DNA of 64,000 nt from a virus. This document shows, in pieces, positions 25,902 to 36,198 of this stretch. Each line of letters opens with the position of its first letter. Within the stretch, counting starts at the first letter, position 1. The position numbers were made by a program, and so were the translations under genes. Below the pieces are notes generated by a model that had not been told where the DNA came from, ran no database searches, and worked only from the letters and a program-made list of their open reading frames with translations. The stretch is taken from positions 32,001 through 96,000 of the IMG/VR virus record IMGVR_UViG_3300045988_101454; one strand, given 5' to 3'.

Positions 25902-26975
25902 TTACCCTTTCATTTCACTCCAAACTCGCCTGCATATCTGCCGATAAAAATCCTCACCAAGTTCCACCTTGCAAGCATGGATAAGATAATTGTAAGAGAC
26001 GGTCTGACTATTGCCCAACTGCTGCCATTTCAGGTTTGTCTGTGCTTCATTATATTTGGAGCTGCATCTTGATAGTTGGTGGAAGAGGTCAAGACCATAC
26101 GGATGTGAGCGCAATGCCCATCCTGCTTTCACCCAGTCGTCATAACTCTCGGTAATGTTCCGATGGTTGCCCACAAGTTCCTGCACGATAATCTCAATCA
26201 GTCTGTCTTGCACACGCTTCTGTTCCCAGAAGTTAGAATTGCCTTCTACTTTATACCCTACATTCGCATTGTACGAGCGATACGCTTGACGTGAAGCCAA
26301 GGAAACGAGCTGAACTTGCTCACCTTCCAATCCCTTATAGGGTACCACATTTTCATTGATATATATATGCTCAGGATCATCCCATGAGGCGAAGCGCACA
26401 CGTCCGATGTTGCTACAAGCCTTGTCAAGCGTGATGCCGATAGCGGCATAATCTTTGAGTAGAGCTTTGAACTGGTCCTTGTGCCGTTCAGGGTACGCCA
26501 ACTTAACCAAACCGAAATATCCGCTGCCGGAGCACGACCGCATCAGCAAGGCTATCTCCGGACGAAAACGGCAAATCATGCGCACATTCTCAAAATTGCT
26601 CATTTGCATATTGTCCGCAAGGTCTATGTCGATGGCGAGCCAGCCGGTATGTTGCTTTAGGTGGGTCTCCCGACGGCTCACCATTACCCGCTGCCCTGGA
26701 TGTGTTAGGCTGTCATCTTCATATAGAGCGAACAAGCCGCTAAGAGTGGCACCAGGTAACTTTTTCTTTGTTTCGATATACTCCGGCATCTGCTTCGCCT
26801 TACTGCCGTACTCCTTGCGCATAGCGCGAAGATGCTGCACATAGGGCTTCCATCTATCCGTCAAGCAGAACTCACGGATAGACATCTGCGTGATGCACTC
26901 GCCAGTTTCTTGGTCAACAAACTTTCCCTTGGCATCATGCGCATCTTGATATATGGAGCATATCTCGTCGAACAT
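25902..26975 (-). CDS. Replication-associated protein (possible primase/VirE-N-like domain), tentative
   Basis: 357 aa with a WLAIDIDL acidic block. It sits next to the AT-rich non-coding region, and the family assignment is weak. Confidence 0.5.
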   Translation of the reverse strand: MFDEICSIYQDAHDAKGKFVDQETGECITQMSIREFCLTDRWKPYVQHLRAMRKEYGSKAKQMPEYIETKKKLPGATLSGLFALYEDDSLTHPGQRVMVSRRETHLKQHTGWLAIDIDLADNMQMSNFENVRMICRFRPEIALLMRSCSGSGYFGLVKLAYPERHKDQFKALLKDYAAIGITLDKACSNIGRVRFASWDDPEHIYINENVVPYKGLEGEQVQLVSLASRQAYRSYNANVGYKVEGNSNFWEQKRVQDRLIEIIVQELVGNHRNITESYDDWVKAGWALRSHPYGLDLFHQLSRCSSKYNEAQTNLKWQQLGNSQTVSYNYLIHACKVELGEDFYRQICRRVWSEMKG

Positions 26976-27012
26976 ATTTTATATGATTAGTAACCATTGT
27001 ATTTTACCGTTG

Positions 27013-27020
27013 CAAATTTA
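27013..27020 (-). promoter_or_regulatory. -7 box TAAATTTG for 25902-26975
   Basis: It lies within CGTTGCAAATTTAATAATTATAATT. This 26-nt block recurs at 61552-61578 upstream of parA. Confidence 0.5.
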
Positions 27021-27760
27021 ATAATTATAATTGATAAAAACAATTCTTACTATTGTTATTAACTTTTATTTTATTTATCAACAATTCTTACCGTTGTTTA
27101 ACTGTACAAAGTCTGAAGTTTAGTTTTGAACTTTACAGCCTCCAAAAGTCCAAATTTTAAACTTTGAGTCCATTTTCCAAAAAAACGCCGAAAACTGAAA
27201 AGTTCGTAATTTTGAAAAACGCTTCTGCTGTCCACCCAAAATCCACATCGTGACCCCCCAATGAATTTTTCAAAAAGTGATTTAACTTTCTGATTTTCCG
27301 CTATTTATCTATTAAAAGTTTAAAAACGGGGTAATTTTTATATACTTATACGAGCGCAAAGAACAAAAAATATATAAAGAATAGTAGAAATAAGGCCATT
27401 TTTATAGTGTTTCTCTCGCTTAGTTGCCTTTTCTCATACCCCTTAACTTATTAAATGTCAACTATTTACGCCATAGGCGTTAATGCTACTAACTATATTG
27501 TTAGGGTTGGGGAGTTTTGAAAATAGGAAAGAAAGAAAATTGGCGAAATTTATATAAGGTAGTAGCCTTGATTAGTAGATTTCTGGACTTTTGAAGAGTA
27601 GACTTTAGATAAAGTCCATGATTGTTAGGTAGTTACGAAAATTTGTTGTTTTGGACTTTGGGGGACGTAAGTTTATTCTTAAACAAGAAAGAAAACGGAA
27701 GAAAAGGCGAGCGAAGCGCAAAAGAAAAGGCCGCCTCGCCTAACGGCGCGACGACCTGAT

Positions 27761-27858
27761 AAATGCTTCGCTAATTGCGAAAGATAGCGCAAGATAAATG
27801 CTTTGCCGCTTGCGAAAAGCGTAGCGCAAGGAAATGCTTTGCTGCTTGCGAAAGACTA
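27761..27858. repeat. 2.7 tandem copies of a 35-36 nt hairpin-forming unit at the tape-measure 3' end
   Basis: Units at 27761-27795, 27796-27831 and 27832-27858. Each contains TTGCG...CGCAA inverted repeats, and the last overlaps the TAG stop. Confidence 0.8.
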
Positions 27859-30800
27859 TTTGTTCTTCATAAACTGATTAGCCCTTGTCATGCTGTCATA
27901 GAGCTTGCCACGTCCATACATATCAATCTTTGCCTCGATAGGTTGCTCCAGGCGTTGCAAGAGCGTGTTTACGGCTTGCAGGAGCGCAATATTTGTGTTG
28001 GCTTGTGCAATAGTCAGTTCATCGCTTACAGAAGCTCCTGTAGATACTGTGGGGCTTGTTTCGGCTATATTGCCAGCGTCGTAGGCGCGACGGCCTGAAT
28101 AGTTGCGATCGTAATTTACAAGAGCCTTCAACAGTTGCGGATTGTTCATCATCATTGCCTGGGTTGTCTCTCGACCGATTACCAACTCGGGACCATTTTC
28201 GGCTACCAGGGACGGATGACCGTTGATGGTGGTGGCGGTTGGATGCGTAAGGAGCGACACGCCGTTGTGCGGCTTGTTATCCTCGGTTGCCCAATAGAGA
28301 CTACCATCGTTACCGACGAACGGACGGAGGTCTTGCACGTTGCCGGAATCGTAGGTAAGCATACCGGAAACAACCTTAGTATTCTTACCCTTGGCTGTCT
28401 CGTTTTTAGACTTGTCGCTGCCACCAACCTTGCTGATAGCAAAGTTGAGTAATCCCATGAGGATTGCCATCATTGCGCTGTAAGCGATTGGACCGGCAAT
28501 AGGTCCGAGAGTACTGACACACCAACCAAATATACCCGCAGAACGAAGAGCTGCCATTACCTTTTGGTGAGCAACCTCAAGCTGTTCCTCTGTCTGGTTA
28601 TTTACCGTCTTTGCCATAAGCAAAGCCGCTCCAGTGGCAGCCTCCCCTTCTACCTTTGCTGTACCGAACGCCTGCTGCATGAGAAGCAACTGCGTATAGT
28701 GAGCCGTGGTCTGCGCACGGTCTATCTGCTGCTGACTTATCATCTGCAAGGTGTTAGTGGCAAACGATTTTATCATCTGCTTTAAGGCTGTCTTCAATGC
28801 CTTGCGTCCTTCCGCTGCGTTCTCGGTCATAGTGGCAAAAGCATCGCCCACCGACTCGCCAAAGGTTTGCAACGGTCCCATGAAAGTAAGAAGAGAATTG
28901 TACTGCTCAAACATATCTCCCGTGAGCTTCTTGGCATAGTTAGCCTGTTCCGCCATTATTGACTTTCGGGCATCAGCAAGTTGCTGCTCGGTGGCGTTGT
29001 GCTCTTCGAGGAACGTATAATACTGCCGAGCAAACTCCATGCGAGCCTTCATAAGTTCAAGCTCAGGGTCGGAAGCTGACACCGACTCCATACCCATACG
29101 CTGACCGGCATTGCGATAACTGACATTAATGGAAGACTCCTGTTCCATTCCTGGTAGTTTACTTTGGTAATCTTTATAGAAATCAGTCTTAGACCAACCG
29201 TAATCATTCAGCTTCTTGCGCTCGTCATCGCCCTTTTTGTTTGCCGACTCGTATTCGTCGTTGTATTGAATGAGTTTCAGAAAGAAGGCTTGCCATTCGG
29301 CTGCACTTGAGCCGAGAGTTTCGGAGATACGTTTGCCCATTCCGTCAGGATCTTCACCAAAGAGCGTTTTCATAAGTAGTCCCCTACCCTCTTCGGTAGA
29401 TACGTCGGCGGCAAATATCTGAGAAATCTCCTCACGAGCCCTCTCAAACATGGCAATGATTTTTGTCTTGCGCGTATCAAAAGCCGCCTTATCTTTAACC
29501 TCAGCATCAGTAGGATTGGCATAGCCGAGAGTATTAAAGGTATCGTATGCGCTTTGCTTCACCACACCCGTGTAATCATGCTCTTGCATCGCCTTGCGAC
29601 GAGCCTCCTGCTGTTGTGTTTCGAGTTTTAGATTAGCTTGTGCGTTCTTGGTGGCCTTGGCAAATACCTCGGCGAGAATGGAGTTAAGAGAACGGTTGAG
29701 ATTACTGCCCAATTCGTTCAGTTTCTTACGCAAAGCGTCTATATTGTTAGACGTAATACCTTTGAGCAATCCTTCAGAAAGATTTACACCGGTCTCGTCG
29801 GTTTGCTCGATAAGGTCGTCCTTCATGGTGAGCTTGAACTGCTCCCATGTGTTAGTCTGTCCTGCGATAGCAAGGCGAACCTGCTCAAGAGCCTCGTTCA
29901 TGCGTCGCTTTACTGGCTCCACAAACAAGTCTTGCTCGGTTTTATCCATACCCAAGCCGATGGCCTCCTGCATCTTGGCGTTTATCTGACGCTCATAGAA
30001 GTTGCGTACGTTATCCATGATAGCGTTCGCGTCGTCCTGCTTCTGCTTCAGTTCCTCACGCCAAGCACGCTCTAGGGCGCGCCTGTCTCGCTTTTCCTGT
30101 GCGATAGCGTCGTTGTCGGGAACATCGTTTTCAAGCGTGCCAGGTGTTTCTTCGGGGTACGGGGTGTAGCCTTCAGGAAACCACTTACGGTAATTGTCTT
30201 CAATATCCTTTTCTTTCTTCCTTCTTCTACCCGTAGAATTGGCATACCAACGAGCAGCGAACAACAAGTCTCGGAGCTTGTACTGCATCTGACTATCATC
30301 AGAATTAATACCCGCCTTTCCTCCGTCATAAGTATCTCTATAAATAAAGCCACCTTTACTAAGTTTCCAATTAAAGCCGTCTATCAAGCCCGACTTGTTC
30401 TTAGGCATCTTTTTAACCAAATTCCAAAAAACAGCGTTACCGTTAGCACCCTTACTCACCCATCGGTCTATATCAGTGAAAGAAACCCCGAGTTTGTCAA
30501 TGCCCAATTTTTGAATCTGAGCCAACAAAGCGTTTGCAGCAGAATCCCTATCCGCATCGAGTTTCGGCAGAGCTTGTTGCTTCGCTTTCTCCATCATACG
30601 ATAATAAGTAGCCCTCTGGGCCTCTTGCGCCAACTCTGAATAGTGGTCGCGCAAATCCTTTACACTCTTAATTTCAATGCCGAGGTTTGAGATATACGAG
30701 CGGAAATCCTTGTTGAATCGCGATATGAGACCTTGACGTTCCTTTTGCGAAAGGTTCGTCTCATTCATCATCCGCTTGTAGTTCTCGAGTTTCTTGTTAA

Positions 30801-33432
30801 GAGTTGCTGTCTCTACAGCAGCCTGACCAAGAGTAGATTTCCATGCGTTTGCCTGACGTTCTGCTTCTTTTTGAGCTTTTGCCGCTTCTTTTGTCTGCTG
30901 TGCATAACCATACACAACTCCAGCAACAGCAACTATAACGCTTGCAAGAGCCACCCAAGGATTCACCTTCATTACAGAGTTAAGTCCCGTTTGAGCTGCG
31001 GTGGCTGTGCGCGTGGCCGTAACATACGCATACAGTTGGCTTACAGCCGAGCCAATGGCTGCTCCGAAATTCTTAATAAGAATCAATCCGGAATATATAC
31101 CCTGTGAAGCCATATAGCCAATGATGACTGGCAGAAGGGTCGCTACGGCTTTCAATGCCATAAGAACCATCTGAAGAGAAACAAGCAATGTGCCTTTCAG
31201 CAACGGACTGTTTGTCATCGTTGCCGACATCTCATACCACCATTCCGCCATACTCTTTACAGCATCCACACCGTCGGGATTTACAAACGCCTTCTCCCAA
31301 AGATTGTTGGCTCTTTCGAGAATACCTATGGCCGACTGTTGCTGCATCGAGTATTCATTACCTACGGCAGTGGCTTCACGGAAAGCCTCTTCCGACTCGT
31401 AGAGATGATCCTTCAGCATATCCACGTTCTTCGACATGGTAACCATAGCGGTAACGAGTCGCTGACCGTCTGAACCGAGGTCTTTAAAAATGCCACCCAA
31501 GGCGTTCATGTTGCCCTTGTCGCGCATTTTTTCGAGCACAAGCACAATAGCATCCATAGCGTGACCCGACGCATAGAGATTCTTGATTGTCTCGTCGGGT
31601 ATGCCGAGTTCCTTTGCAATAAGGTTGTGGTTTTTCTGCAAAGCTACGATAAACTTACCCATAGCGGTAGAGGCCACCTCCGGCATAAGCATCATCGAAG
31701 AACTTGCAGAACCGAGGGCAAGCAACTGGTCGGTGGTGATACCCGCGGTACGAGCAACACCCGTCAGCCGCTTTGAAAATTCTACAATGTCGTTGGAAGT
31801 TGAAGTGCTCGTAGAAGACAACTTAAACAGGGCAGAACCCGTAGCCTCCATTGCCTTGTCGATACCCATCTTCGGGATAAGACCCATCACCTCCACCATC
31901 TTAGAGAGTGCCGGCAACGCTTCCTCGCCCATTTCCTCACCAATGGCAACATTTATCTTGTCGGCTGCTTTTACGAACTGAGCCATACCCTCAACGCCGT
32001 ACTTACCCATGCCGAGCTTCGCACCCTGGTACGCGAGTTGTGCCAGCCCATCCACAGATGTTCTGGTGTCAATTTTAGCCAACTCGGTAGAGAGTTGTTT
32101 TACCTGATCCATCGTCAAGCCAGAAACCTTACGGATGTCGGTCAACGAACCTGAATACTCCAAGTTCTTCTTGATGGCACCCGTCACAAGGTCTTTTATC
32201 TGATTGAATACGGAAAACAATCCTACATAAGCCGTAAGATTTTTCAACGCCGTATGCCATGCTCCGCCCTGCTTGTTTGCCGCACCCGTCACTTCGTCGA
32301 TGTTCTTCTTCAGCTCCTCCATCGACTTCTGCTTGTCGGCAAACTCCTTGCTCTTGGTGTTGATTTGGTTCAGTTCCTCTTCAAGCTGTTTGTAGGCACG
32401 GCGCAGTTCGTCGAGAGAGGCTTTACCCTTCTTGCTACGGGCGAGAATGTCGTTGAGAGCACTCTGCGACATACGGGTGCCCTTGAGGGTCTGTTCGAGC
32501 ATGGAGTATTGGCGACGGAGGTCGGCCACAAACTTGCTACCAGCAGGGAGTTGCTGTATCTTCTGCTGTATCACTTCCATCGTGCGCTTGATGTCTTCGC
32601 CCGAAGCCTTGTTGGGCTCTGCCAACACCTGCTTCATCTGCTTCCAGCTCATTGATGTTTTCTGAACCTTACCCGACACAGCCTCCAGTCGCTTTTCTAT
32701 CTCCTGGAGCTCTTTGTTGTATTGCGCAATGTCGCCAGTATTTGCTGTAGGAGTATTGTCACGAGCCTCAGTAAGCGTGGTCTTAGCGCGTCGCAGGTCG
32801 GAAGCCGAAGCATTACCATTGCTCACAGCCTGACGTGCCTCAGTTACGCTCATCTTGCCCTTACGTCTGTCCTCCTCGGCTTCAAGCTGCTTCAATGTGG
32901 CAAGGTTCTGCTGATACGACGCATCCGACTTTTGCAGCGAACCAACAAGGTCACGCTGTTGCTTAATGGCCTTATCGAGCCACTGATCGGATTGGTTCTT
33001 TACATTCTTCAAGCCATCGGCTATATTAACATACTGACCCTCGATAAGGCGCATTTGGTCGCCCACCTGCTTCATCTCGCTTCGTATCTGCTCTGCCCTC
33101 TTCAGGTCGGCATCCGAGCCGGTAAGACCTGCGAGAGCCGACTTACCCGAACCCATAGCACGGCGAAGATCACGCAGTTTAGTATTGGCAAGGTCTTGCA
33201 CCACCTCGCCCAATCGCTTCGTGTCCTCGATATTGTCACGCTGTACTTGCGAGAGAGCCTTTAGCGTGCGTTCTGCTTGCTTACACTCAGCCGTATTAGC
33301 CTGACCTGCAGCAGTCATTTTCTGAATGTCGGCAGTATATTTCTGCACAAGAGCGTCAATCTCTTCCAATACCTTTTTGGCTGTAGAGGCATTGGCCGTG
33401 ATTACCACTTTTGCTAATCTTTGTGTTGCCAT
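27856..33432 (-). CDS. Tail tape measure protein
   Basis: 1858 aa with long coiled coils, central hydrophobic segments and a Gly/Ala-rich C-terminal region. It ends in TAG. Confidence 0.8.
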   Translation of the reverse strand: MATQRLAKVVITANASTAKKVLEEIDALVQKYTADIQKMTAAGQANTAECKQAERTLKALSQVQRDNIEDTKRLGEVVQDLANTKLRDLRRAMGSGKSALAGLTGSDADLKRAEQIRSEMKQVGDQMRLIEGQYVNIADGLKNVKNQSDQWLDKAIKQQRDLVGSLQKSDASYQQNLATLKQLEAEEDRRKGKMSVTEARQAVSNGNASASDLRRAKTTLTEARDNTPTANTGDIAQYNKELQEIEKRLEAVSGKVQKTSMSWKQMKQVLAEPNKASGEDIKRTMEVIQQKIQQLPAGSKFVADLRRQYSMLEQTLKGTRMSQSALNDILARSKKGKASLDELRRAYKQLEEELNQINTKSKEFADKQKSMEELKKNIDEVTGAANKQGGAWHTALKNLTAYVGLFSVFNQIKDLVTGAIKKNLEYSGSLTDIRKVSGLTMDQVKQLSTELAKIDTRTSVDGLAQLAYQGAKLGMGKYGVEGMAQFVKAADKINVAIGEEMGEEALPALSKMVEVMGLIPKMGIDKAMEATGSALFKLSSTSTSTSNDIVEFSKRLTGVARTAGITTDQLLALGSASSSMMLMPEVASTAMGKFIVALQKNHNLIAKELGIPDETIKNLYASGHAMDAIVLVLEKMRDKGNMNALGGIFKDLGSDGQRLVTAMVTMSKNVDMLKDHLYESEEAFREATAVGNEYSMQQQSAIGILERANNLWEKAFVNPDGVDAVKSMAEWWYEMSATMTNSPLLKGTLLVSLQMVLMALKAVATLLPVIIGYMASQGIYSGLILIKNFGAAIGSAVSQLYAYVTATRTATAAQTGLNSVMKVNPWVALASVIVAVAGVVYGYAQQTKEAAKAQKEAERQANAWKSTLGQAAVETATLNKKLENYKRMMNETNLSQKERQGLISRFNKDFRSYISNLGIEIKSVKDLRDHYSELAQEAQRATYYRMMEKAKQQALPKLDADRDSAANALLAQIQKLGIDKLGVSFTDIDRWVSKGANGNAVFWNLVKKMPKNKSGLIDGFNWKLSKGGFIYRDTYDGGKAGINSDDSQMQYKLRDLLFAARWYANSTGRRRKKEKDIEDNYRKWFPEGYTPYPEETPGTLENDVPDNDAIAQEKRDRRALERAWREELKQKQDDANAIMDNVRNFYERQINAKMQEAIGLGMDKTEQDLFVEPVKRRMNEALEQVRLAIAGQTNTWEQFKLTMKDDLIEQTDETGVNLSEGLLKGITSNNIDALRKKLNELGSNLNRSLNSILAEVFAKATKNAQANLKLETQQQEARRKAMQEHDYTGVVKQSAYDTFNTLGYANPTDAEVKDKAAFDTRKTKIIAMFERAREEISQIFAADVSTEEGRGLLMKTLFGEDPDGMGKRISETLGSSAAEWQAFFLKLIQYNDEYESANKKGDDERKKLNDYGWSKTDFYKDYQSKLPGMEQESSINVSYRNAGQRMGMESVSASDPELELMKARMEFARQYYTFLEEHNATEQQLADARKSIMAEQANYAKKLTGDMFEQYNSLLTFMGPLQTFGESVGDAFATMTENAAEGRKALKTALKQMIKSFATNTLQMISQQQIDRAQTTAHYTQLLLMQQAFGTAKVEGEAATGAALLMAKTVNNQTEEQLEVAHQKVMAALRSAGIFGWCVSTLGPIAGPIAYSAMMAILMGLLNFAISKVGGSDKSKNETAKGKNTKVVSGMLTYDSGNVQDLRPFVGNDGSLYWATEDNKPHNGVSLLTHPTATTINGHPSLVAENGPELVIGRETTQAMMMNNPQLLKALVNYDRNYSGRRAYDAGNIAETSPTVSTGASVSDELTIAQANTNIALLQAVNTLLQRLEQPIEAKIDMYGRGKLYDSMTRANQFMKNK

Positions 33433-33452
33433 TGTTTTCTGTTTTTGTGTTG

Positions 33453-33980
33453 TTAGAGAGTGATATGGATGTCAGAATCCTCAAAAGCCTTAATTATCTG
33501 TGCTTCGCCCTGGTAGCCGTAGAAGTCAACGAGATAGTTTTGCATACGCGATTGCAGGTGTCGAAGCTCCATCATAATGGCAGGACGCTGTGACCGACCC
33601 GCTCCATAGCGTTTCCAGGAACGGACATAGCGGCGAGAGTAGTTGGCCTTTCGTGCGCTATCCACATCGTTGTACTTAGTACCGAGACCTACACCCATAT
33701 CCACAAAGCGCATATAGTCGTTGTAGGTAAACTCGTAGGTCCAGCCTTCCGGAGTGTCGTTCACTATCCTGCCTTGGAAAGAGTTTACGCCCACTCCCTC
33801 GGCGTGCCATTGTCCGCGTGCTCCACGGGCATCGTTTATAGCCCGAAAGCCGCTGTAAATCTCCTTCGGGAAGATGCACTGCGTCTCGGTGTTTATCTTG
33901 AGCTGACGCAATACGTCGCCAAGATACCATCGTGCGGTGTCCTTGAAATCAAAGGCCGGGGCTTGTATTGGTTTTGGCAT
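33453..33980 (-). CDS. Hypothetical protein (tail-assembly position)
   Basis: 175 aa, immediately upstream of the tape measure gene. Confidence 0.5.
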   Translation of the reverse strand: MPKPIQAPAFDFKDTARWYLGDVLRQLKINTETQCIFPKEIYSGFRAINDARGARGQWHAEGVGVNSFQGRIVNDTPEGWTYEFTYNDYMRFVDMGVGLGTKYNDVDSARKANYSRRYVRSWKRYGAGRSQRPAIMMELRHLQSRMQNYLVDFYGYQGEAQIIKAFEDSDIHITL

Positions 33981-33986
33981 GATGTT

Positions 33987-34589
33987 TTACTTTTTTTTAT
34001 CATCCGAGTTTTCATCTTTCGGCACAATATACTTGCCGTTGCTGCCACACGCGAAGTTGTATAGCGGTTGCAGGCTCTTCCAGTCCATACCCACGACGAG
34101 CCATTGTCCGGCATAGATGTCGCCCACCATGCCGAAGGAGATGGAGCTGGTGTCGATGCTTTGCAGCTCTGCCATCACCACGGCATCATCGGCAAAACTG
34201 CGCTTTGTGACGGGACAGCGGCCTGTGCGCTTCACCTCAAGAAGCCACGACACGAGGTCTTTACAATAGTCCTTCAGACTTTCGGCTGTCTGTTCCATCT
34301 TGCGACCGTCGTAACGGCCAAGGGTCTGCGGTGTGTCTTTTACTTTAGCGAGAAACCACACCTGCTGAGAGACAGATGCCTTCTTTGCGTCAACGAGTTC
34401 ACCAGTGGTAATGATGCTGTATAGCATACACGGCGAGTGAACGATGTTGGCATTTCGGGAAAAGATGTTCTCAAGGTCGATGTAGCGGATGCGGAAGAAA
34501 CTCTGGTCTTCGAGGCGTTCGCTTTCGGGGTTGTGAGAAAGGGGCTCGTAGATAGAAGCCCAATGCTCAAGAATATTGCTTATTGTCAT
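33987..34589 (-). CDS. Hypothetical protein
   Basis: 200 aa ORF. Confidence 0.5.
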   Translation of the reverse strand: MTISNILEHWASIYEPLSHNPESERLEDQSFFRIRYIDLENIFSRNANIVHSPCMLYSIITTGELVDAKKASVSQQVWFLAKVKDTPQTLGRYDGRKMEQTAESLKDYCKDLVSWLLEVKRTGRCPVTKRSFADDAVVMAELQSIDTSSISFGMVGDIYAGQWLVVGMDWKSLQPLYNFACGSNGKYIVPKDENSDDKKK

Positions 34590-34679
34590 AATGCTGCTAA
34601 ATTTTGATTTTACATCGGGAGAAAGGGCTAAGCCTCACTGGACCTCACTGAGCCTTTCTAAGCCTTTGGGAGGGAAGCC

Positions 34680-35207
34680 TTACTGCTCTTTCGCTGTCTC
34701 CGCTGTTTCCTCCGCTTCCTCCTTATCCTTCATCAGCTCCTTCAGCTTTACGTTGAAGTGTCGCTCGGTCTTATCTGCCACAATCTTTTGCAGCACTCTT
34801 GCCCATGCCGCTCCGTTGCAGGTGCTCTCATTTTCGAGTATGCTGACGAACTGCACCAGGCAGTACATGGCGGTGAGTTGGTTGGCGAGGTGGGTGTTCA
34901 TGTAGCCGAGAATGTTGCGGTCAATATACGAGGCAAGGCAGATGCACATGATTAAGACCGAGAACGTCCACACCATCTTTGCCATCTTCTTGGAGCGCAG
35001 CTTACCGTCCATCTTACACTTCGGGTTACGCTTTATCTCCTCGCGGTATTTTTGATAGATGCGTCGGTTGCATCGCCATGCCGTATAGCAGTCGATGATG
35101 AGGGCGAAGAAGCATACGGTGATAAAATTGATTGAGGGTTCGATGTGAACCCACAGCAAGCCGAGCACTGCGGCAATGGCTCGCGAGACATAGAATGGAT
35201 TGTTCAT
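34680..35207 (-). CDS. Holin-like membrane protein (tentative)
   Basis: Has 3-4 TM segments, FVSILENESTCNG reminiscent of holin family 4, and a charged C-terminal tail. Confidence 0.45.
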   Translation of the reverse strand: MNNPFYVSRAIAAVLGLLWVHIEPSINFITVCFFALIIDCYTAWRCNRRIYQKYREEIKRNPKCKMDGKLRSKKMAKMVWTFSVLIMCICLASYIDRNILGYMNTHLANQLTAMYCLVQFVSILENESTCNGAAWARVLQKIVADKTERHFNVKLKELMKDKEEAEETAETAKEQ

Positions 35208-35254
35208 GTTTTTGTGTTGTGTTTTGTGTTGTTGTTGTCCTAAATTTTATGCAA

Positions 35255-35262
35255 CAAATTTA
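35255..35262 (-). promoter_or_regulatory. -7 box TAAATTTG for leftward operon
   Basis: Lies about 48 nt upstream of the ATG at 35207, in a divergent intergenic region. Confidence 0.45.
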
Positions 35263-35341
35263 CTGATAAACTGCTACGCACAGCGGACATGGTGGGGTAC
35301 GGGGAGATTGAGCATGTCCGTATGGGGAAGAAAGTTTATCG

Positions 35342-35349
35342 TAACTTTG
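35342..35349 (+). promoter_or_regulatory. -7 box TAACTTTG for rightward operon
   Basis: Lies about 22 nt upstream of the ATG at 35371. An 8-bp inverted repeat (CGGACATG/CATGTCCG) lies at 35284-35320. Confidence 0.45.
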
Positions 35350-35370
35350 GCTACATAAAAACACAAAACT

Positions 35371-36177
35371 ATGTCAGGAATTACGCAAAACACATTGGCC
35401 CGCATCGACAAGTGGCTCTCTTACGGCACGAGTATGCAGACGGCGTTCCCCAAGCTGGATCAACGCTACCGTATGCAGATATGCTCAGAGTTTTATAAAC
35501 GATGGGTGCAAAACAAGGACATCGACCCTCGGACGGTGTGCCGCAATATTGCCCGACGCGACTATGAGATGTTCTTCAACCAGGCAGCGCAGGGCAACAA
35601 GGAGGCGCAGGAGTATGTGCTTGCGCTGAAGATTACACTCGACGACGAGGGTAATATCTGTCCGCGTACCGTTACGGAGCTCAACAACGACGTGTTGGTG
35701 TGCAACCACCTGATACGTTTCTTCCAGACCGACGAGAGTCCACGCCACAAGGCTATGTATCTGAGCAGTGCCGAGTGGTTGATACGCACGGGTAAGCAGC
35801 AGAACAACGATCGTGCAGTGGATAAGGGTATGCAAGCCTTAGCTAATGTGTATGGCAACTTCCAGGAGGAGAAAGACGCTACGGACGAGATGCCGGATAT
35901 GAGTCGCATTGCCATCACGCAGGATGTGAGCATCGTCAAACGCGACCGCATCAACTACACCGAGGAGGAGAAGCTGCGCATGGCCCGCAAGTATGGTCTT
36001 ACTACCAAGGACCTGCAGGAGATAGAGGACGACGAACTGTTGAATGGGGAGAAGCCAGAAGAGCCGGACTACTTCGAGTATATGGAAAAGAAGGACGAGG
36101 AGGATGTGATTAGACACGGGTACATGAAAGAAAGCAAATTAACAAATAATTCCGAGCCAACGGATGATACGGAATGA
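35371..36177 (+). CDS. Hypothetical protein (first gene of terminase/modification operon; small terminase not excluded)
   Basis: 268 aa with an acidic C-terminus. Only its position supports a packaging role. Confidence 0.5.
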   Translation: MSGITQNTLARIDKWLSYGTSMQTAFPKLDQRYRMQICSEFYKRWVQNKDIDPRTVCRNIARRDYEMFFNQAAQGNKEAQEYVLALKITLDDEGNICPRTVTELNNDVLVCNHLIRFFQTDESPRHKAMYLSSAEWLIRTGKQQNNDRAVDKGMQALANVYGNFQEEKDATDEMPDMSRIAITQDVSIVKRDRINYTEEEKLRMARKYGLTTKDLQEIEDDELLNGEKPEEPDYFEYMEKKDEEDVIRHGYMKESKLTNNSEPTDDTE

Positions 36178-36198
36178 ACGGAAACATAAGGAATAGAG

